From: a virus
Taxonomy: Duplodnaviria; Caudoviricetes
Strand: one strand, 5' to 3'
Virus record (IMG/VR): IMGVR_UViG_3300037882_001471
Span: 1 to 52,713 of that record
DNA length: 52,713 bases
Part shown: one piece after another, positions 1 to 9,420 of the stretch
How positions within the stretch are numbered: position 1 is the stretch's first letter
Layout of the letters: each line of letters begins with the position of its first letter
Position numbers and translations under genes: made by a program
Notes under the pieces: model-generated
Told to the model about the DNA's origin: nothing
Database searches by the model: none
The model's input: only the letters and a program-made list of their open reading frames with translations

Positions 1-11
1 CGCCAGTTGCC

Positions 12-785
12 GTGCGCGAAAAATTCATTGATGAGTTCAAGAGCGGAAAACTGCTGGTGCTGATCAACGTCGATCTGTTCGATGAAGGCTTTGACGTGCC
101 AGCGTGCGATGTGGTGATCATGGCGCGTCCTACCGCTTCGCTGGGTAAATACCGGCAGATGGTAGGCCGTGCGCTACGGTGGGTTTTTGGCAAGATCGCG
201 CTCATCATCGACATGGTATCGAATGTTGTCAGGCACGGCCTGCCGGATAAAGATACGGTCTGGTCACTTGCGCGCCGGGAGAAGCGCGCGAAGATGCTAA
301 AAGACCCTGATGAAATACCCCTCACAGTCTGCGCCAGATGCGCCAAGCCGTATGAGAAGTTCCGGGTGGTCTGCCCCTACTGCGGCGCGGAGAAACCGCT
401 TCCTGAGCCTCGCCTGCGCTCTGTGGAGATGGTTGAGGGTGATCTGATCCTGCTTGACCGCGCCATGCTGGAAAAAATGCGGCAGGCGACAGTTATTGAA
501 AGCGCCGGCAGCATTGCGGAGCGCGTCATGTATGCCGCAGGCCCGATAGCGGCGCAGGCGGCGAACAAGCGCCAGATGGAGAAAATCCAGGCACACCTGC
601 ATTTGCAGGAAACGATTGCACAATGGGCAGCGATTGAACGGCAACGCGGATTTGAAGATCGGGAAATTTATCGAAAATTTTACTATGTTACTGGTATGGA
701 CGTGGTAACAGCACTTGATGCAACACGGCCAGCATCGGAGATGAACAGCTTAAACGAAACAATTCAATCATGGTGGAGGAAATAA
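12..785 (+). CDS. SF2 DNA helicase, C-terminal part (5'-truncated), with Zn ribbon
   Basis: Motif V LFDEGFDVP, motif VI QMVGRALR, CxxC...CPYCG Zn ribbon; N-terminal Walker motifs absent, so the gene starts before the window. Confidence 0.9.
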   Translation: MREKFIDEFKSGKLLVLINVDLFDEGFDVPACDVVIMARPTASLGKYRQMVGRALRWVFGKIALIIDMVSNVVRHGLPDKDTVWSLARREKRAKMLKDPDEIPLTVCARCAKPYEKFRVVCPYCGAEKPLPEPRLRSVEMVEGDLILLDRAMLEKMRQATVIESAGSIAERVMYAAGPIAAQAANKRQMEKIQAHLHLQETIAQWAAIERQRGFEDREIYRKFYYVTGMDVVTALDATRPASEMNSLNETIQSWWRK

Positions 786-1327
786 TGTCATTACTTAGCT
801 ACAACCGACTTTGCGAACTGGTATCGAAGAATATCATCACCAACGTCACCAAAGATCAGATCAACTCGTCCAGCATCGACATCACGCTTGGTAGGAAACT
901 GCTGGTGGAGAATATCGATAAGAAGCGCCTTGTTTCGCTGAAGGATCGCAATGGGCTTCAGTTGGATGAAGTGATTCTCAATGACGATGTAACGATGGTC
1001 ATGGCTCCCGGTCAGTTCATCCTCGCGCAGTCGGAGCAGGTGTTTAATCTGCCGCCGAACATCAGCGCGGAATACAAACTGAAATCCAGCATGGCGCGCA
1101 TCGGTCTTGAGCACCTTACCGCTGGCTGGTGTGACGCGGGCTGGAACGGCAGCGTGCTCACACTCGAACTGAAGAACATGACGATGCAGCACTGGATTGC
1201 GCTGAACTATGGCGTGCCGATCGGCCAGGTGGTTTTCTTCGAGCATGAACCCGTGCCGACTGAACGCAGCTACGCCGCGCGCGGGCGCTATAATGGTGAT
1301 AAGGAAGTGCAGGGGATCAAGCCATGA
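785..1327 (+). CDS. dcd: dCTP deaminase (trimeric dUTPase superfamily)
   Basis: QINSSSIDITLG, KSSMARIGL, AGWCDAGWNGSVLTLEL, IGQVVF, C-terminal GRY motifs; TAATG overlap with helicase stop. Confidence 0.88.
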   Translation: MSLLSYNRLCELVSKNIITNVTKDQINSSSIDITLGRKLLVENIDKKRLVSLKDRNGLQLDEVILNDDVTMVMAPGQFILAQSEQVFNLPPNISAEYKLKSSMARIGLEHLTAGWCDAGWNGSVLTLELKNMTMQHWIALNYGVPIGQVVFFEHEPVPTERSYAARGRYNGDKEVQGIKP

Positions 1328-1494
1328 GTGAGCCGGAATGGACAGAATATCGTGATGCTGAAACACAGCCCGCCGCGAATCGCAAAGTAGAGGTTAGCGG
1401 CGCCGGTCACATCTCTGGTGTTTATCATTCCGCTGACGAATTGCAGTGGGACTACCTGCCGCTCGATGGCTCAGTGCGTTGGAGATATGCATGA
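1324..1494 (+). CDS. small hypothetical protein (56 aa, not in ORF track)
   Basis: MSEPEWTEY...VRWRYA; ATGA overlaps with both neighbours. Confidence 0.6.
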   Translation: MSEPEWTEYRDAETQPAANRKVEVSGAGHISGVYHSADELQWDYLPLDGSVRWRYA

Positions 1495-1652
1495 AGGGTT
1501 GGCGGAAAAAGTATTTTTACATGCCGATTGAGCGCGCCGAAATTATCGAAGCGCAATTGAAACTGTTGAAACAACTGATCCACAGCAGCCATCCGAAAAT
1601 CCATAAGGAGATCGATGAAAGCAGGAAGTTTTTAGAGAAGAAAATGAAATGA
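1491..1652 (+). CDS. hypothetical protein
   Basis: ATGA-coupled on both sides. Confidence 0.55.
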   Translation: MKGWRKKYFYMPIERAEIIEAQLKLLKQLIHSSHPKIHKEIDESRKFLEKKMK

Positions 1653-2041
1653 AAGAATCAGGCGTTACATCACATATCCGACTCGATGCGGCGCAGCAGG
1701 GCGTGTTGCTACTGCGGAACAACTCAGGCGCGCATAAAGACGATTATGGGCATTTTATACGCTACGGGCTAGGTTCCTTCATTCCTGAGAAGGATCACAA
1801 AGCCTCATCCGATTATATCGGCATTACGCCGGTATTCATCACGCCTGACATGGTGGGCCGCGTTATAGGGGTTTTTACGGCTGTGGAGATGAAGCCGGAG
1901 GATTGGAAATTTTTACCATCCGACAAAAGAGCCTTGTACCAGCAAAACTTCCATGATATAGTTAAACAAAGCGGCGGATTCGCTGGATTCGCCAGAAACA
2001 TTGCAGAATTTAGAAGGATAATAGGCCGTGAAAAAGGGTGA
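1649..2041 (+). CDS. VRR-NUC / PD-(D/E)xK nuclease
   Basis: LLRNNSG, SSDYIG...VFTAVEMK, QQNF...GGFAGFAR pattern typical of phage VRR-NUC proteins. Confidence 0.8.
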   Translation: MKESGVTSHIRLDAAQQGVLLLRNNSGAHKDDYGHFIRYGLGSFIPEKDHKASSDYIGITPVFITPDMVGRVIGVFTAVEMKPEDWKFLPSDKRALYQQNFHDIVKQSGGFAGFARNIAEFRRIIGREKG

Positions 2042-2306
2042 TGAACTTAGGAAAAAGATTCTCGATGTCGGCTTGAAAGTTTGGCCGAACGTGAAGACGT
2101 GCGAGATTGCGCGCAAGCTGGGTATTTCTCATCCGAACGTGTCATATTATTTCCGGCGCGGTCTGAAGGACGCTGTTGCGCAGCACGCCGTGGAAACTGG
2201 TCATAGCCAGGTAATCGCGCAATTGATCCTGACGAAGCATAAAGCCATCAGGAACATGCCGCTCACCGAGCGCCGCAAGCACATGAAAGCCGCATCGCTC
2301 GATTAA
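2028..2306 (+). CDS. TetR-like helix-turn-helix regulator
   Basis: RKKILDVGL...VKTCEIARKLGISHPNVSYYF matches TetR N-terminal HTH. Confidence 0.7.
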   Translation: MKKGDELRKKILDVGLKVWPNVKTCEIARKLGISHPNVSYYFRRGLKDAVAQHAVETGHSQVIAQLILTKHKAIRNMPLTERRKHMKAASLD

Positions 2307-2503
2307 TCCGGCTTCCTTACAGTTGGGCAGCTTGCCGGCGGCATGGGCGGTGTCTGATCTAGCACTACTTCATATCCGTAATGTTTCAGAATATCGACAG
2401 CAAGGCCGACAAGCCAGCCGCGCACCATTGACGTGCGCCCGGTCGCAATGAGCAGGTTGATAGCTTTTACGGCTTCTTGGTATCGTTGATCTTCGATTGC
2501 CAT
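2303..2503 (-). CDS. hypothetical protein
   Basis: 66 aa ORF closing the leftward operon. Confidence 0.5.
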   Translation of the reverse strand: MAIEDQRYQEAVKAINLLIATGRTSMVRGWLVGLAVDILKHYGYEVVLDQTPPMPPASCPTVRKPD

Positions 2504-3036
2504 GCCATCGTCTTTCCTTTTTGGATTGATTCGTGAATTGCGTTCACCTGGAAACGCGCGTCATCGAGCGCGTTGTGATACACGCCGACGCGCGGCATCG
2601 TTGTAATATCCACGTCAAATAAATCGTAGATCGTGCGTGTATCGCGCACCATGCGGAAGCGCCACGGCACTTCGAGATCGCACAGCTTGAAAGCGTGTTC
2701 GAGAATCGGCGCATCGAATGTAGCGCCTTGACACCAGATGCGATCCACCTGTTGATTCCTGCACCAGACTTGGAAATCGCCCATTACATGCTTGATCTGA
2801 TGTGTAACGCCTAATAGCGCTGCCTTCGCTTCTTCATCCTGCTCACGCCACCACTTGAGCGTTTCCGGCTCGATATTCAGGCCAAGTAAAAGCTGCGATG
2901 CAATATCGATCTTCCGCTCGAAGGTATATTGTTCCGCGTGCGGATTGAAAGGATCGAAAGTTACTGCACCGATCGATAAGATTACGCAGCCAGGTTTCTG
3001 ACCAAGCGTTTCGGTGTCTGCCATCATGTGTGTCAT
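2467..3036 (-). CDS. DEDDh 3'-5' exonuclease (RNase T/exoVIII-like)
   Basis: MADTETLG, GATFDAPIL, RDTRT, HNALDDA motifs. Confidence 0.88.
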   Translation of the reverse strand: MTHMMADTETLGQKPGCVILSIGAVTFDPFNPHAEQYTFERKIDIASQLLLGLNIEPETLKWWREQDEEAKAALLGVTHQIKHVMGDFQVWCRNQQVDRIWCQGATFDAPILEHAFKLCDLEVPWRFRMVRDTRTIYDLFDVDITTMPRVGVYHNALDDARFQVNAIHESIQKGKTMAWQSKINDTKKP

Positions 3037-3054
3037 TGAATTGCTCCCTTTTGT

Positions 3055-3336
3055 TTATTTATACCATCTGTGATAGGTCTGCGCTACCTTTTCCAGTTCC
3101 GGGTGACGATGAATCCAGCCGCCTGTATCGGGGTGAAACTCTGTTCGGAAGAAATGATCCAGTTCTGGCCTCCCGGTATCGATCTGCGGGTTAATTTTTA
3201 AGGACTCCTGATCGAATTCAGCGTCACTTATTATCGGGCTGTCCATGAACTCATAGGCGTAGGCGGCAACCGCCATCTTAATTCGCCTGTGACGTTCAAT
3301 TTCAACCTTCGTGCGGTAGTGAAACAGGTTGCTCAT
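3055..3336 (-). CDS. stand-alone NAD+-dependent DNA ligase domain Ia-like protein
   Basis: AAYAYEFMDSPIISDAEFD resembles LigA YYxxDxPxISDAEYD; only 93 aa. Confidence 0.7.
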   Translation of the reverse strand: MSNLFHYRTKVEIERHRRIKMAVAAYAYEFMDSPIISDAEFDQESLKINPQIDTGRPELDHFFRTEFHPDTGGWIHRHPELEKVAQTYHRWYK

Positions 3337-3562
3337 CGGTCAATTTTTTTAGTTCTGTCTGCGCATCATCTAAAAGATTGTATGCTTGGACGGGGTGATT
3401 CTGTAAAAGTTCTCCGCGAATTTGATTTAAAACACCGAACAGATACCGGAGAGTATGCGAGTGCCAAACCTGCATGTTGTGTTTCCGAGCGAAGGCTTCA
3501 AGATCATCCAGTTCTAAGTCATCGGGCAGAATAAAAGAAGCAACACGTTTTTTCATCCCCAC
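3302..3562 (-). CDS. hypothetical protein
   Basis: Overlapping ORF in leftward operon. Confidence 0.55.
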   Translation of the reverse strand: MGMKKRVASFILPDDLELDDLEAFARKHNMQVWHSHTLRYLFGVLNQIRGELLQNHPVQAYNLLDDAQTELKKLTDEQPVSLPHEG

Positions 3563-3882
3563 TGCCTTTCAGAATATTCGAATTTGCGCTCACCACAACT
3601 GCACGCCTCATCGCCCATCGTGACTACATGCACGGTTTTACCTTCGAGGTCTTTGAAGCACTTCGATGGTTTTTCTTCGGCGCGAATTACATTTTCAATG
3701 TCCACTTTAATATCAGTGATGGTGAACTCTATTTCAGTCCCACCTTCGATGACCGCACGAAAGCACGCGCCGCCTTCGTGTTTTACCATTGTGACTTTCT
3801 TACCGAGGATTCTTTCATTGATTCCTTCAGCAATCATATCGTACATGACAGCATTGCTCATCGTAGTAACTTGTCCTTCCAT
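3553..3882 (-). CDS. hypothetical protein
   Basis: ORF in leftward operon. Confidence 0.55.
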   Translation of the reverse strand: MEGQVTTMSNAVMYDMIAEGINERILGKKVTMVKHEGGACFRAVIEGGTEIEFTITDIKVDIENVIRAEEKPSKCFKDLEGKTVHVVTMGDEACSCGERKFEYSERQWG

Positions 3883-4079
3883 TCGGGCAGATTGTCGCCA
3901 AGCGTGCCATAGGTTTCAATCTGGTACAGTTCACCGTTGCGGCTGAAAGTGAACACGTTCAGCTTGCCTTTGCGTTCTATGCCGATCAGGATTGCCTGGT
4001 GCTTGAGCTTTTCGAGTGAATTGAGCAGACCTGCTGCCGATGATACCATTTCCTCATATTTCTTCCGGCTGATCCACAT
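3858..4079 (-). CDS. hypothetical protein
   Basis: TAATG coupling to upstream gene. Confidence 0.6.
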   Translation of the reverse strand: MWISRKKYEEMVSSAAGLLNSLEKLKHQAILIGIERKGKLNVFTFSRNGELYQIETYGTLGDNLPEWKDKLLR

Positions 4080-4366
4080 TATTTCAACAGGCTCCTTGCG
4101 TTGGCTGGTGCAACAGCGTTGCGTTTCAAAATTTCATAACAGTCTTTACCGAGATAAGCATCACCGATCACCTTGTTTTTGTGATCGGGGCGGCTGACAG
4201 GATCAGGATTACCGTGACCTTCCACCGCCATCCAAGTTTCTTCGTTAATGGTGACTGCAACAGCCGTGTTTGAATTCACATTTTGCTGGCAACGGCAGCA
4301 ATACGGCTTGCGCGGGTCTTTCGGGCTGCGGCGGAAGTCGGGGTCATAACAAAATGCGGTTGTCAT
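4079..4366 (-). CDS. hypothetical Cys-rich (possible Zn-binding) protein
   Basis: AAGGAG RBS; CCRC ... GKDC. Confidence 0.6.
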   Translation of the reverse strand: MTTAFCYDPDFRRSPKDPRKPYCCRCQQNVNSNTAVAVTINEETWMAVEGHGNPDPVSRPDHKNKVIGDAYLGKDCYEILKRNAVAPANARSLLK

Positions 4367-4385
4367 CGTTTTCTCCTTTGCATTC

Positions 4386-4415
4386 TTTTTTACAACTGGT
4401 AAAAAATCATGTCAA
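4386..4415 (-). promoter_or_regulatory. leftward sigma70-like promoter with TTTTAC-N5-GTAAAA operator
   Basis: Minus strand TTGACA-17 nt-TAAAAA; palindrome TTTTTTAC AACTG GTAAAAAA at 4386-4406. Confidence 0.6.
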
Positions 4416-4439
4416 TGACAAAATGTGACAAAATGTGAC
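4416..4439 (+). repeat. 10-bp tandem repeat TGACAAAATG x2.4
   Basis: 4416-4425, 4426-4435 and partial TGAC, in the divergent intergenic region. Confidence 0.7.
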
Positions 4440-4493
4440 TTGCCTAATACGATCTTTATAAATAAGGTGGAAGTTCCATATTGAGATTTTATC

Positions 4494-4688
4494 ATGCACA
4501 AATTGCCGGAAACGCTGACTCTGACTAAGCTCGCTGCATTTTTAGGCGAGAACGAGAGGACGATGCGGCGCATGATTGACGATGGGAGATTTCCAGTAAA
4601 GCCCATCAGGAATTCCAAACCCCGCCGATGGTGCATCGAAAAGGTTAAGAAATGGCGAATGAGCGGGGGAAAAATCGAAAATGTTTAG
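4494..4688 (+). CDS. excisionase/AlpA-like winged-HTH DNA-binding protein
   Basis: LTLTKLAAFLGENERTMRRMIDDGRFPVKP...RRW. Confidence 0.75.
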   Translation: MHKLPETLTLTKLAAFLGENERTMRRMIDDGRFPVKPIRNSKPRRWCIEKVKKWRMSGGKIENV

Positions 4689-5289
4689 AGTTCTGGTAGC
4701 TTGTGAATTTTCTGGCATCGTAAGGGACGCTTTTTTAGCCCGTGGGCATGATGCCTGGTCGTGCGATTTGCTACCGACTGAAACGAATAGCAACAGGCAT
4801 GTCATCGGTGACGTGCGCGACATTCTGCATTGGGGTTGGGACGTGTTGATCGTCGCTCACCCGCCCTGCACTCGCTTATGCAACAGTGGCGTGCGGTGGT
4901 TATCCGAACCCCCAGCAGGCAAAACCGCAGAGCAGATGCAACAGGAGTTGCATGAGGCGGCTGAACTGTTCTCTGACTGCCTGAATGCGCCGATCGAGCG
5001 CATCTGCGTTGAGAATCCTGTGATGCACAAGCACGCTAAAGCGCTCATTCGAAACTATATGGAACCCGCGCAGAGCGTGCAGCCGTGGCAGTTCGGTCAT
5101 GGTGAAACCAAGCGCACTTGTTTCTGGCTGAAGAATCTGCCACCACTGAAACCAACAAACATTGTGGAAGGCCGTACTGCCCGCGTGCATCGTATGGCTC
5201 CCGGCCCGAACCGTCAAAAGGAGCGCTCACGTTTCTTCCCCGGTATAGCTGAAGCGATGGCTACTCAATGGGGAGGACTGGCTGCGTGA
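4681..5289 (+). CDS. DNA cytosine-5 methyltransferase (compact phage type)
   Basis: VLVACEFSG (motif I variant), AHPPCT (catalytic PC), ENPV, QFGHGETKRT. Confidence 0.8.
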   Translation: MFRVLVACEFSGIVRDAFLARGHDAWSCDLLPTETNSNRHVIGDVRDILHWGWDVLIVAHPPCTRLCNSGVRWLSEPPAGKTAEQMQQELHEAAELFSDCLNAPIERICVENPVMHKHAKALIRNYMEPAQSVQPWQFGHGETKRTCFWLKNLPPLKPTNIVEGRTARVHRMAPGPNRQKERSRFFPGIAEAMATQWGGLAA

Positions 5290-7583
5290 CTCAATCTTTT
5301 GAACTTGCACAATGGTATATCACAGCGCTCACCGGCAACCTCGATACCCCCTGCGACTGGCGCTGCATTCACGATACCGACAAAGGCAAGGCGGCGCACA
5401 ACATGCGCGGCACGATCCGCGAGATGTTTCCCGCACTGCAACATTATAATCAAACTGGCTGGGGTATTTTTGTTAGCATAAATGCGATGGACGGTCAGGG
5501 GCGGGAACTGGCGAATGTTCATCATATCCGCGCGCATGTGGTCGATCTCGATGATCCGCTGACATCACAGGCAAGCTATCAGCGCGCGATCGCCGCTCAC
5601 CCGCAGCCGCATTTCGCCGTGCAATCCAGCCCCGGCAAATTTCATCTTTACTGGCTGATGGAACCTTATGCCGGCAACGATTTCTACCAAATGCAACAGC
5701 GCAAGCTCGCGCAGATTTACGATGGTGATAAATCGATCATCGATTCAACCCGCGTGCTGCGCGTGCCGGGATTCTATCATCTCAAGGCAAACCCGCATCT
5801 GACAACGTGCTGGGGTTTGCATAGCAACCGCCGCTGGACGGCTCAAGAGATGATGGATGCGCTCGCCAATGTGAATGTGATCAATCATATCGCGGTGCGC
5901 TCGCCGCTGGGCGATCCTGAAATGAAAGCGCCTTCGCTCGAATGGCTGAAATTCGCGCTCGATTTGCTGAACCCGAATGATCTTGACCGGCAGGAATGGC
6001 TTTCGATCAGCGCCGCATTCAAGCAGGCCGGATGGATGCTCACCGATGAACAAACCCTGCTCGCTATCTGGCAACAATGGTGCGCGAAATATGCCAAGGA
6101 TGATCATGCTGAAAACATGAAAATGTGGAACAGCATTCGTGATACCGAAGTTGGTTGGGCTGCATTCGAGCGGCGCACAACAGTAAAAGCATATCTGATG
6201 CATCACGGCATACAGAATACCCCTGCCTTACCACCGCCGATGCCAACTGCGAATTCCAATTCTTCGCCGGATGCGCCGCGATACGGTGATATTCTTTCTG
6301 CTGAAGAATGCGCCGAATATTTCAAAGGCTGCATCAAAGTGACGCGCTCCGGTGAGATTTTCAGCCCGCGTGGGCGTTATATGAATTCCACGCAGTTCAA
6401 CATGATGTATGGTGGAAAACACTTCATCATCACGCAGGCTGGGAAGACTACGGATGAACCGTGGAAAGCCGCCACGCGCAGCACGGTTCTAAGCCTGCCG
6501 GAAGTCGATCACGTCCGGTTTCTTCCGCAAGAGCCGCCAATGGCGATCATCTACGATAAGATGAAGCGCCCCGGTTTGAACACCTATATCCCCGTCCAGG
6601 TGGATGCAAAACCGGGTGATGTTACACCGTGGCTGAAGCACATAGAGAAGATTTTGCCTCTCGAATCTGACCGTAATATTTTATTCTCATACATGGCGCA
6701 TTGCGTTAAATATCCGGGCCACAAAATCATGTGGGCGATACTGCTGCAATCCGCTGAAGGTGTCGGCAAAGGGTTATTCCACGAGATCATGAAGCATTGC
6801 CTTGGCAGCATGTATATTTACAGCCCGAAAGCGCCGGAATTGGTATCATCTGGTTCGAAATTCAATGCATGGATGCGCGGAAAACTTTGCATCATCGTGG
6901 ACGAAATTAAGATCGATGAACGGCGTGAACTGATCGAAATTCTGAAACCGATGATCACGGACAAGCAGATCGAGGTTCAGGCAAAAGGCGTGGATCAGGA
7001 GATGGAAGATAATCCGAGCAATTGGATATTCTTCTCCAATTATAAAGACGCGATTCCGATCAACAAAAACGGTCGTCGGTATGCTGTTTTCTTCAGCGTG
7101 TTGCAAACCGCCTACGACATCGAGCGTGCCGGTATGGACGATGCTTATTTTAACACACTGTTCCGCTGGCTGGAAAAAGAAGGCGGTTTGCAGGCGATCA
7201 ATCACTGGCTGTTGAACTATCCTATCGAACGTGGCGCTTTGCCCGTGCGTGCGCCGCGCACATCGAGCCATGATGAAGCCCTGCGCATCAGCCGCAGCCC
7301 CATGCAAATCATCGTTGAGGAAGCATTGCAGGACAATCTGCAAGGGTTCCGGGGCGGCTATGTGAGCAACCTGGCCGTCATGAAGCGGGTAGCGGCAGCG
7401 GGTGTCAAAACCCCGGCAGCGCACTCGGTCAGAACGCTGCTCGAAAGTATGGGGTATTCCGAGCTTGGCAGAGCGAAGCAGGCATACATGCTGGAAGACA
7501 TGGTAACAAGGCCCATAATCTACGTTAATGACGGCACTTTAACCCTCGAAGGTTACGCTAAGGCACAGGGTTACGAGTTCTAA
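5286..7583 (+). CDS. primase-helicase (RepB-type primase + PriCT-2 + P-loop helicase)
   Basis: VVDLDD, QSSPGKFHLYW, RVLRVPGFYH; WLSISAAFK (PriCT-2-like); QSAEGVGKG Walker A, IIVDE Walker B, FFSN; GTG start overlapping MTase stop. Confidence 0.88.
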   Translation: MTQSFELAQWYITALTGNLDTPCDWRCIHDTDKGKAAHNMRGTIREMFPALQHYNQTGWGIFVSINAMDGQGRELANVHHIRAHVVDLDDPLTSQASYQRAIAAHPQPHFAVQSSPGKFHLYWLMEPYAGNDFYQMQQRKLAQIYDGDKSIIDSTRVLRVPGFYHLKANPHLTTCWGLHSNRRWTAQEMMDALANVNVINHIAVRSPLGDPEMKAPSLEWLKFALDLLNPNDLDRQEWLSISAAFKQAGWMLTDEQTLLAIWQQWCAKYAKDDHAENMKMWNSIRDTEVGWAAFERRTTVKAYLMHHGIQNTPALPPPMPTANSNSSPDAPRYGDILSAEECAEYFKGCIKVTRSGEIFSPRGRYMNSTQFNMMYGGKHFIITQAGKTTDEPWKAATRSTVLSLPEVDHVRFLPQEPPMAIIYDKMKRPGLNTYIPVQVDAKPGDVTPWLKHIEKILPLESDRNILFSYMAHCVKYPGHKIMWAILLQSAEGVGKGLFHEIMKHCLGSMYIYSPKAPELVSSGSKFNAWMRGKLCIIVDEIKIDERRELIEILKPMITDKQIEVQAKGVDQEMEDNPSNWIFFSNYKDAIPINKNGRRYAVFFSVLQTAYDIERAGMDDAYFNTLFRWLEKEGGLQAINHWLLNYPIERGALPVRAPRTSSHDEALRISRSPMQIIVEEALQDNLQGFRGGYVSNLAVMKRVAAAGVKTPAAHSVRTLLESMGYSELGRAKQAYMLEDMVTRPIIYVNDGTLTLEGYAKAQGYEF

Positions 7584-7597
7584 GTTTCAGTTGCATA

Positions 7598-7644
7598 CCG
7601 CTATATTTTGTGGTTTAGTATTAAAAACTCACAACATAAGGGGT
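7598..7644. promoter_or_regulatory. tandem NrdR-like boxes upstream of fibre operon
   Basis: ccgCtAtATtTtGtgg (7598-7613) and tcaCaAcATaagGggt (7629-7644), 31 bp apart; NrdR consensus acaCwAtATaTwGtg. Confidence 0.6.
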
Positions 7645-7651
7645 ATCGCGT

Positions 7652-7924
7652 ATGTCCAAGTTTGTAGCCCTCCATACGGCTGAAGTTTCCGAAGGTGATG
7701 ATCAGAGCGAAAACGAAGCCAGCTACGGCGGCTATTCGCGCGTCGAATTGCCTGAAGATGGCGCGATCCAGTTCCCCATTCTCACCAGTGGTGAAGGTCA
7801 GTATTACACGCACGCTTCTCTCGCTGAAGAAGATGGCGTAATTACCGATGTCATCGAACTGCTGCCGCCTACCAAGGGGCAGACTGGCGCGGGGGCCAAT
7901 TTCAACGCCAGCGATTTCGCGTAA
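7652..7924 (+). CDS. short paralogue of the following virion fibre protein
   Basis: VALHTAEVSEGDDQSENEASYGGYSRV vs SLHTADPGEAGAQNTSEAAYGSYARV. Confidence 0.7.
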   Translation: MSKFVALHTAEVSEGDDQSENEASYGGYSRVELPEDGAIQFPILTSGEGQYYTHASLAEEDGVITDVIELLPPTKGQTGAGANFNASDFA

Positions 7925-7945
7925 TCTCAGGAAGGGGAGAAAACG

Positions 7946-8383
7946 ATGTCAAAAAGTAATTCACTCGAAAATAGCCTGCTACTGCTGATTTTCAATAACA
8001 CGAATATCGCAAACGTAGGTGATGCTACCGGTCTTCGCGGAAGCTCCACAGCAGGCAGTCTCTATTTCTCCCTCCATACGGCTGATCCCGGCGAAGCTGG
8101 CGCACAGAACACGAGCGAAGCGGCTTACGGTTCCTATGCCCGTGTCGCGGTGGCGCGCTCCGGCGCAGGCTTCACCGTTACCGGCAACAGCGTATCGCCT
8201 GCCGCTGACGTGACGTTCCCTGCGGCTGCATCCGGTACGGAAACGGAAACCCACTTCGGCGTAGGTACGGCATCCTCCGGTGCGGGCGTGCTGCTCTACT
8301 CCGGCACGGTGACTCCGAACATCGCCGTCGCCGCTGGTGTGACACCGATTCTGACCACTGCAACGGCGATCACCGAAGATTAA
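7946..8383 (+). CDS. small beta-rich virion fibre/structural protein
   Basis: Conserved phage pattern LYxSLHTADPGE...YARVAV...VTFP...THFGVG...LLYSG; strong RBS; followed by terminator. Confidence 0.7.
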   Translation: MSKSNSLENSLLLLIFNNTNIANVGDATGLRGSSTAGSLYFSLHTADPGEAGAQNTSEAAYGSYARVAVARSGAGFTVTGNSVSPAADVTFPAAASGTETETHFGVGTASSGAGVLLYSGTVTPNIAVAAGVTPILTTATAITED

Positions 8384-8407
8384 TCGTAGCCTGGTCATCT
8401 GTGTTGG

Positions 8408-8440
8408 AAGGGCGAGGCTTAATTGCTTCGCCTTTCTTTT
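8408..8440 (+). terminator. rho-independent terminator
   Basis: aagggcgaggc-ttaatt-gcttcgccttt followed by ctttt. Confidence 0.75.
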
Positions 8441-8455
8441 AAGTGAGGTAGAAAA

Positions 8456-9415
8456 ATGTCATTAGCGTATGTTGCAGGTGGTCAATTAGGTTCAGATGGC
8501 ACTGGTAACTTCTCGCAGTCCTTTGCTGAGGGTGTTTGCAACGGCGCGCTCGTTTTCATCGTATCGAACGCCAGCAACGCCGCGCCGGTAAGCGGCAACG
8601 TCACCTACAATGGTGTGGCGATGACTTTCGTAGGAAGCGCGATCGACGCAGCGACCGAGCTTGGCCGCGTCGATTGTTATTTCCTTGGCGGCGCGAGCTT
8701 CCCATCCGGCACGCAAACCGTTGCCTTCACGCAATCCGGCGGTGCTACCAAGCGCCTCTATGCGGTTTCGTTCTCATGCGCCGCCGGCAAGGTGATCCAG
8801 CTATATAAAAACAACCTCGTGGCCGGGGTTGATGATCTCCCCACGAATCCGCAGGCCGCTGGCACGATCAGCGCCGCAGAGTTCAATAAATTCTATGGCT
8901 ACGCCAAACTCAACGACAACGTAGCGAATCCTTCCGTTACGCTCGCTGTCCCTGCTTCGCGCACTGTCGCTGGCGCGGCGTGCTTGTTCACTGGTAACGT
9001 CGCAGCGAGCACTTCTGTTGCGAACGGAACCGAGCGTGCTGAAGCAAACTTTTCCGGTAACGCAAAAGCAGCTTCTTTGCTTACTGCCGCTCCTGTCAAT
9101 AACGGCAACCTTGTCATGGGCTGGACGGTCAGCACCGATGACATGGCGGCGATCTTTGCGTTCATTGAAGAATGCGATGTTCTCAGCGGCAATGTGACGC
9201 TCGATGGTGTTGCACAAGCTGGCGCGAAAGTGCTGGTTGTGATGGCGACAGACAATTCTCTCAGCAATGCCGCCGTGCGCGCCGTAGCCACTACCGATGG
9301 TTCAGGTGACTGGTCGGCTGATGTACCTGTCGGAATGGTCAGCTATGCTCATTGCATGTGGGATGATTCCGGCACGCTATACAGTTCTGTTGGCGCTCCA
9401 TTCCTAAGCCCGTAG
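8456..9415 (+). CDS. putative virion adhesin/beta-sandwich structural protein
   Basis: Ala/Gly/Val-rich beta character; C-terminal SGNVTLDG...TTDGSGDWS transthyretin/Cna-B-like domain. Confidence 0.55.
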   Translation: MSLAYVAGGQLGSDGTGNFSQSFAEGVCNGALVFIVSNASNAAPVSGNVTYNGVAMTFVGSAIDAATELGRVDCYFLGGASFPSGTQTVAFTQSGGATKRLYAVSFSCAAGKVIQLYKNNLVAGVDDLPTNPQAAGTISAAEFNKFYGYAKLNDNVANPSVTLAVPASRTVAGAACLFTGNVAASTSVANGTERAEANFSGNAKAASLLTAAPVNNGNLVMGWTVSTDDMAAIFAFIEECDVLSGNVTLDGVAQAGAKVLVVMATDNSLSNAAVRAVATTDGSGDWSADVPVGMVSYAHCMWDDSGTLYSSVGAPFLSP

Positions 9416-9420
9416 AGGAT

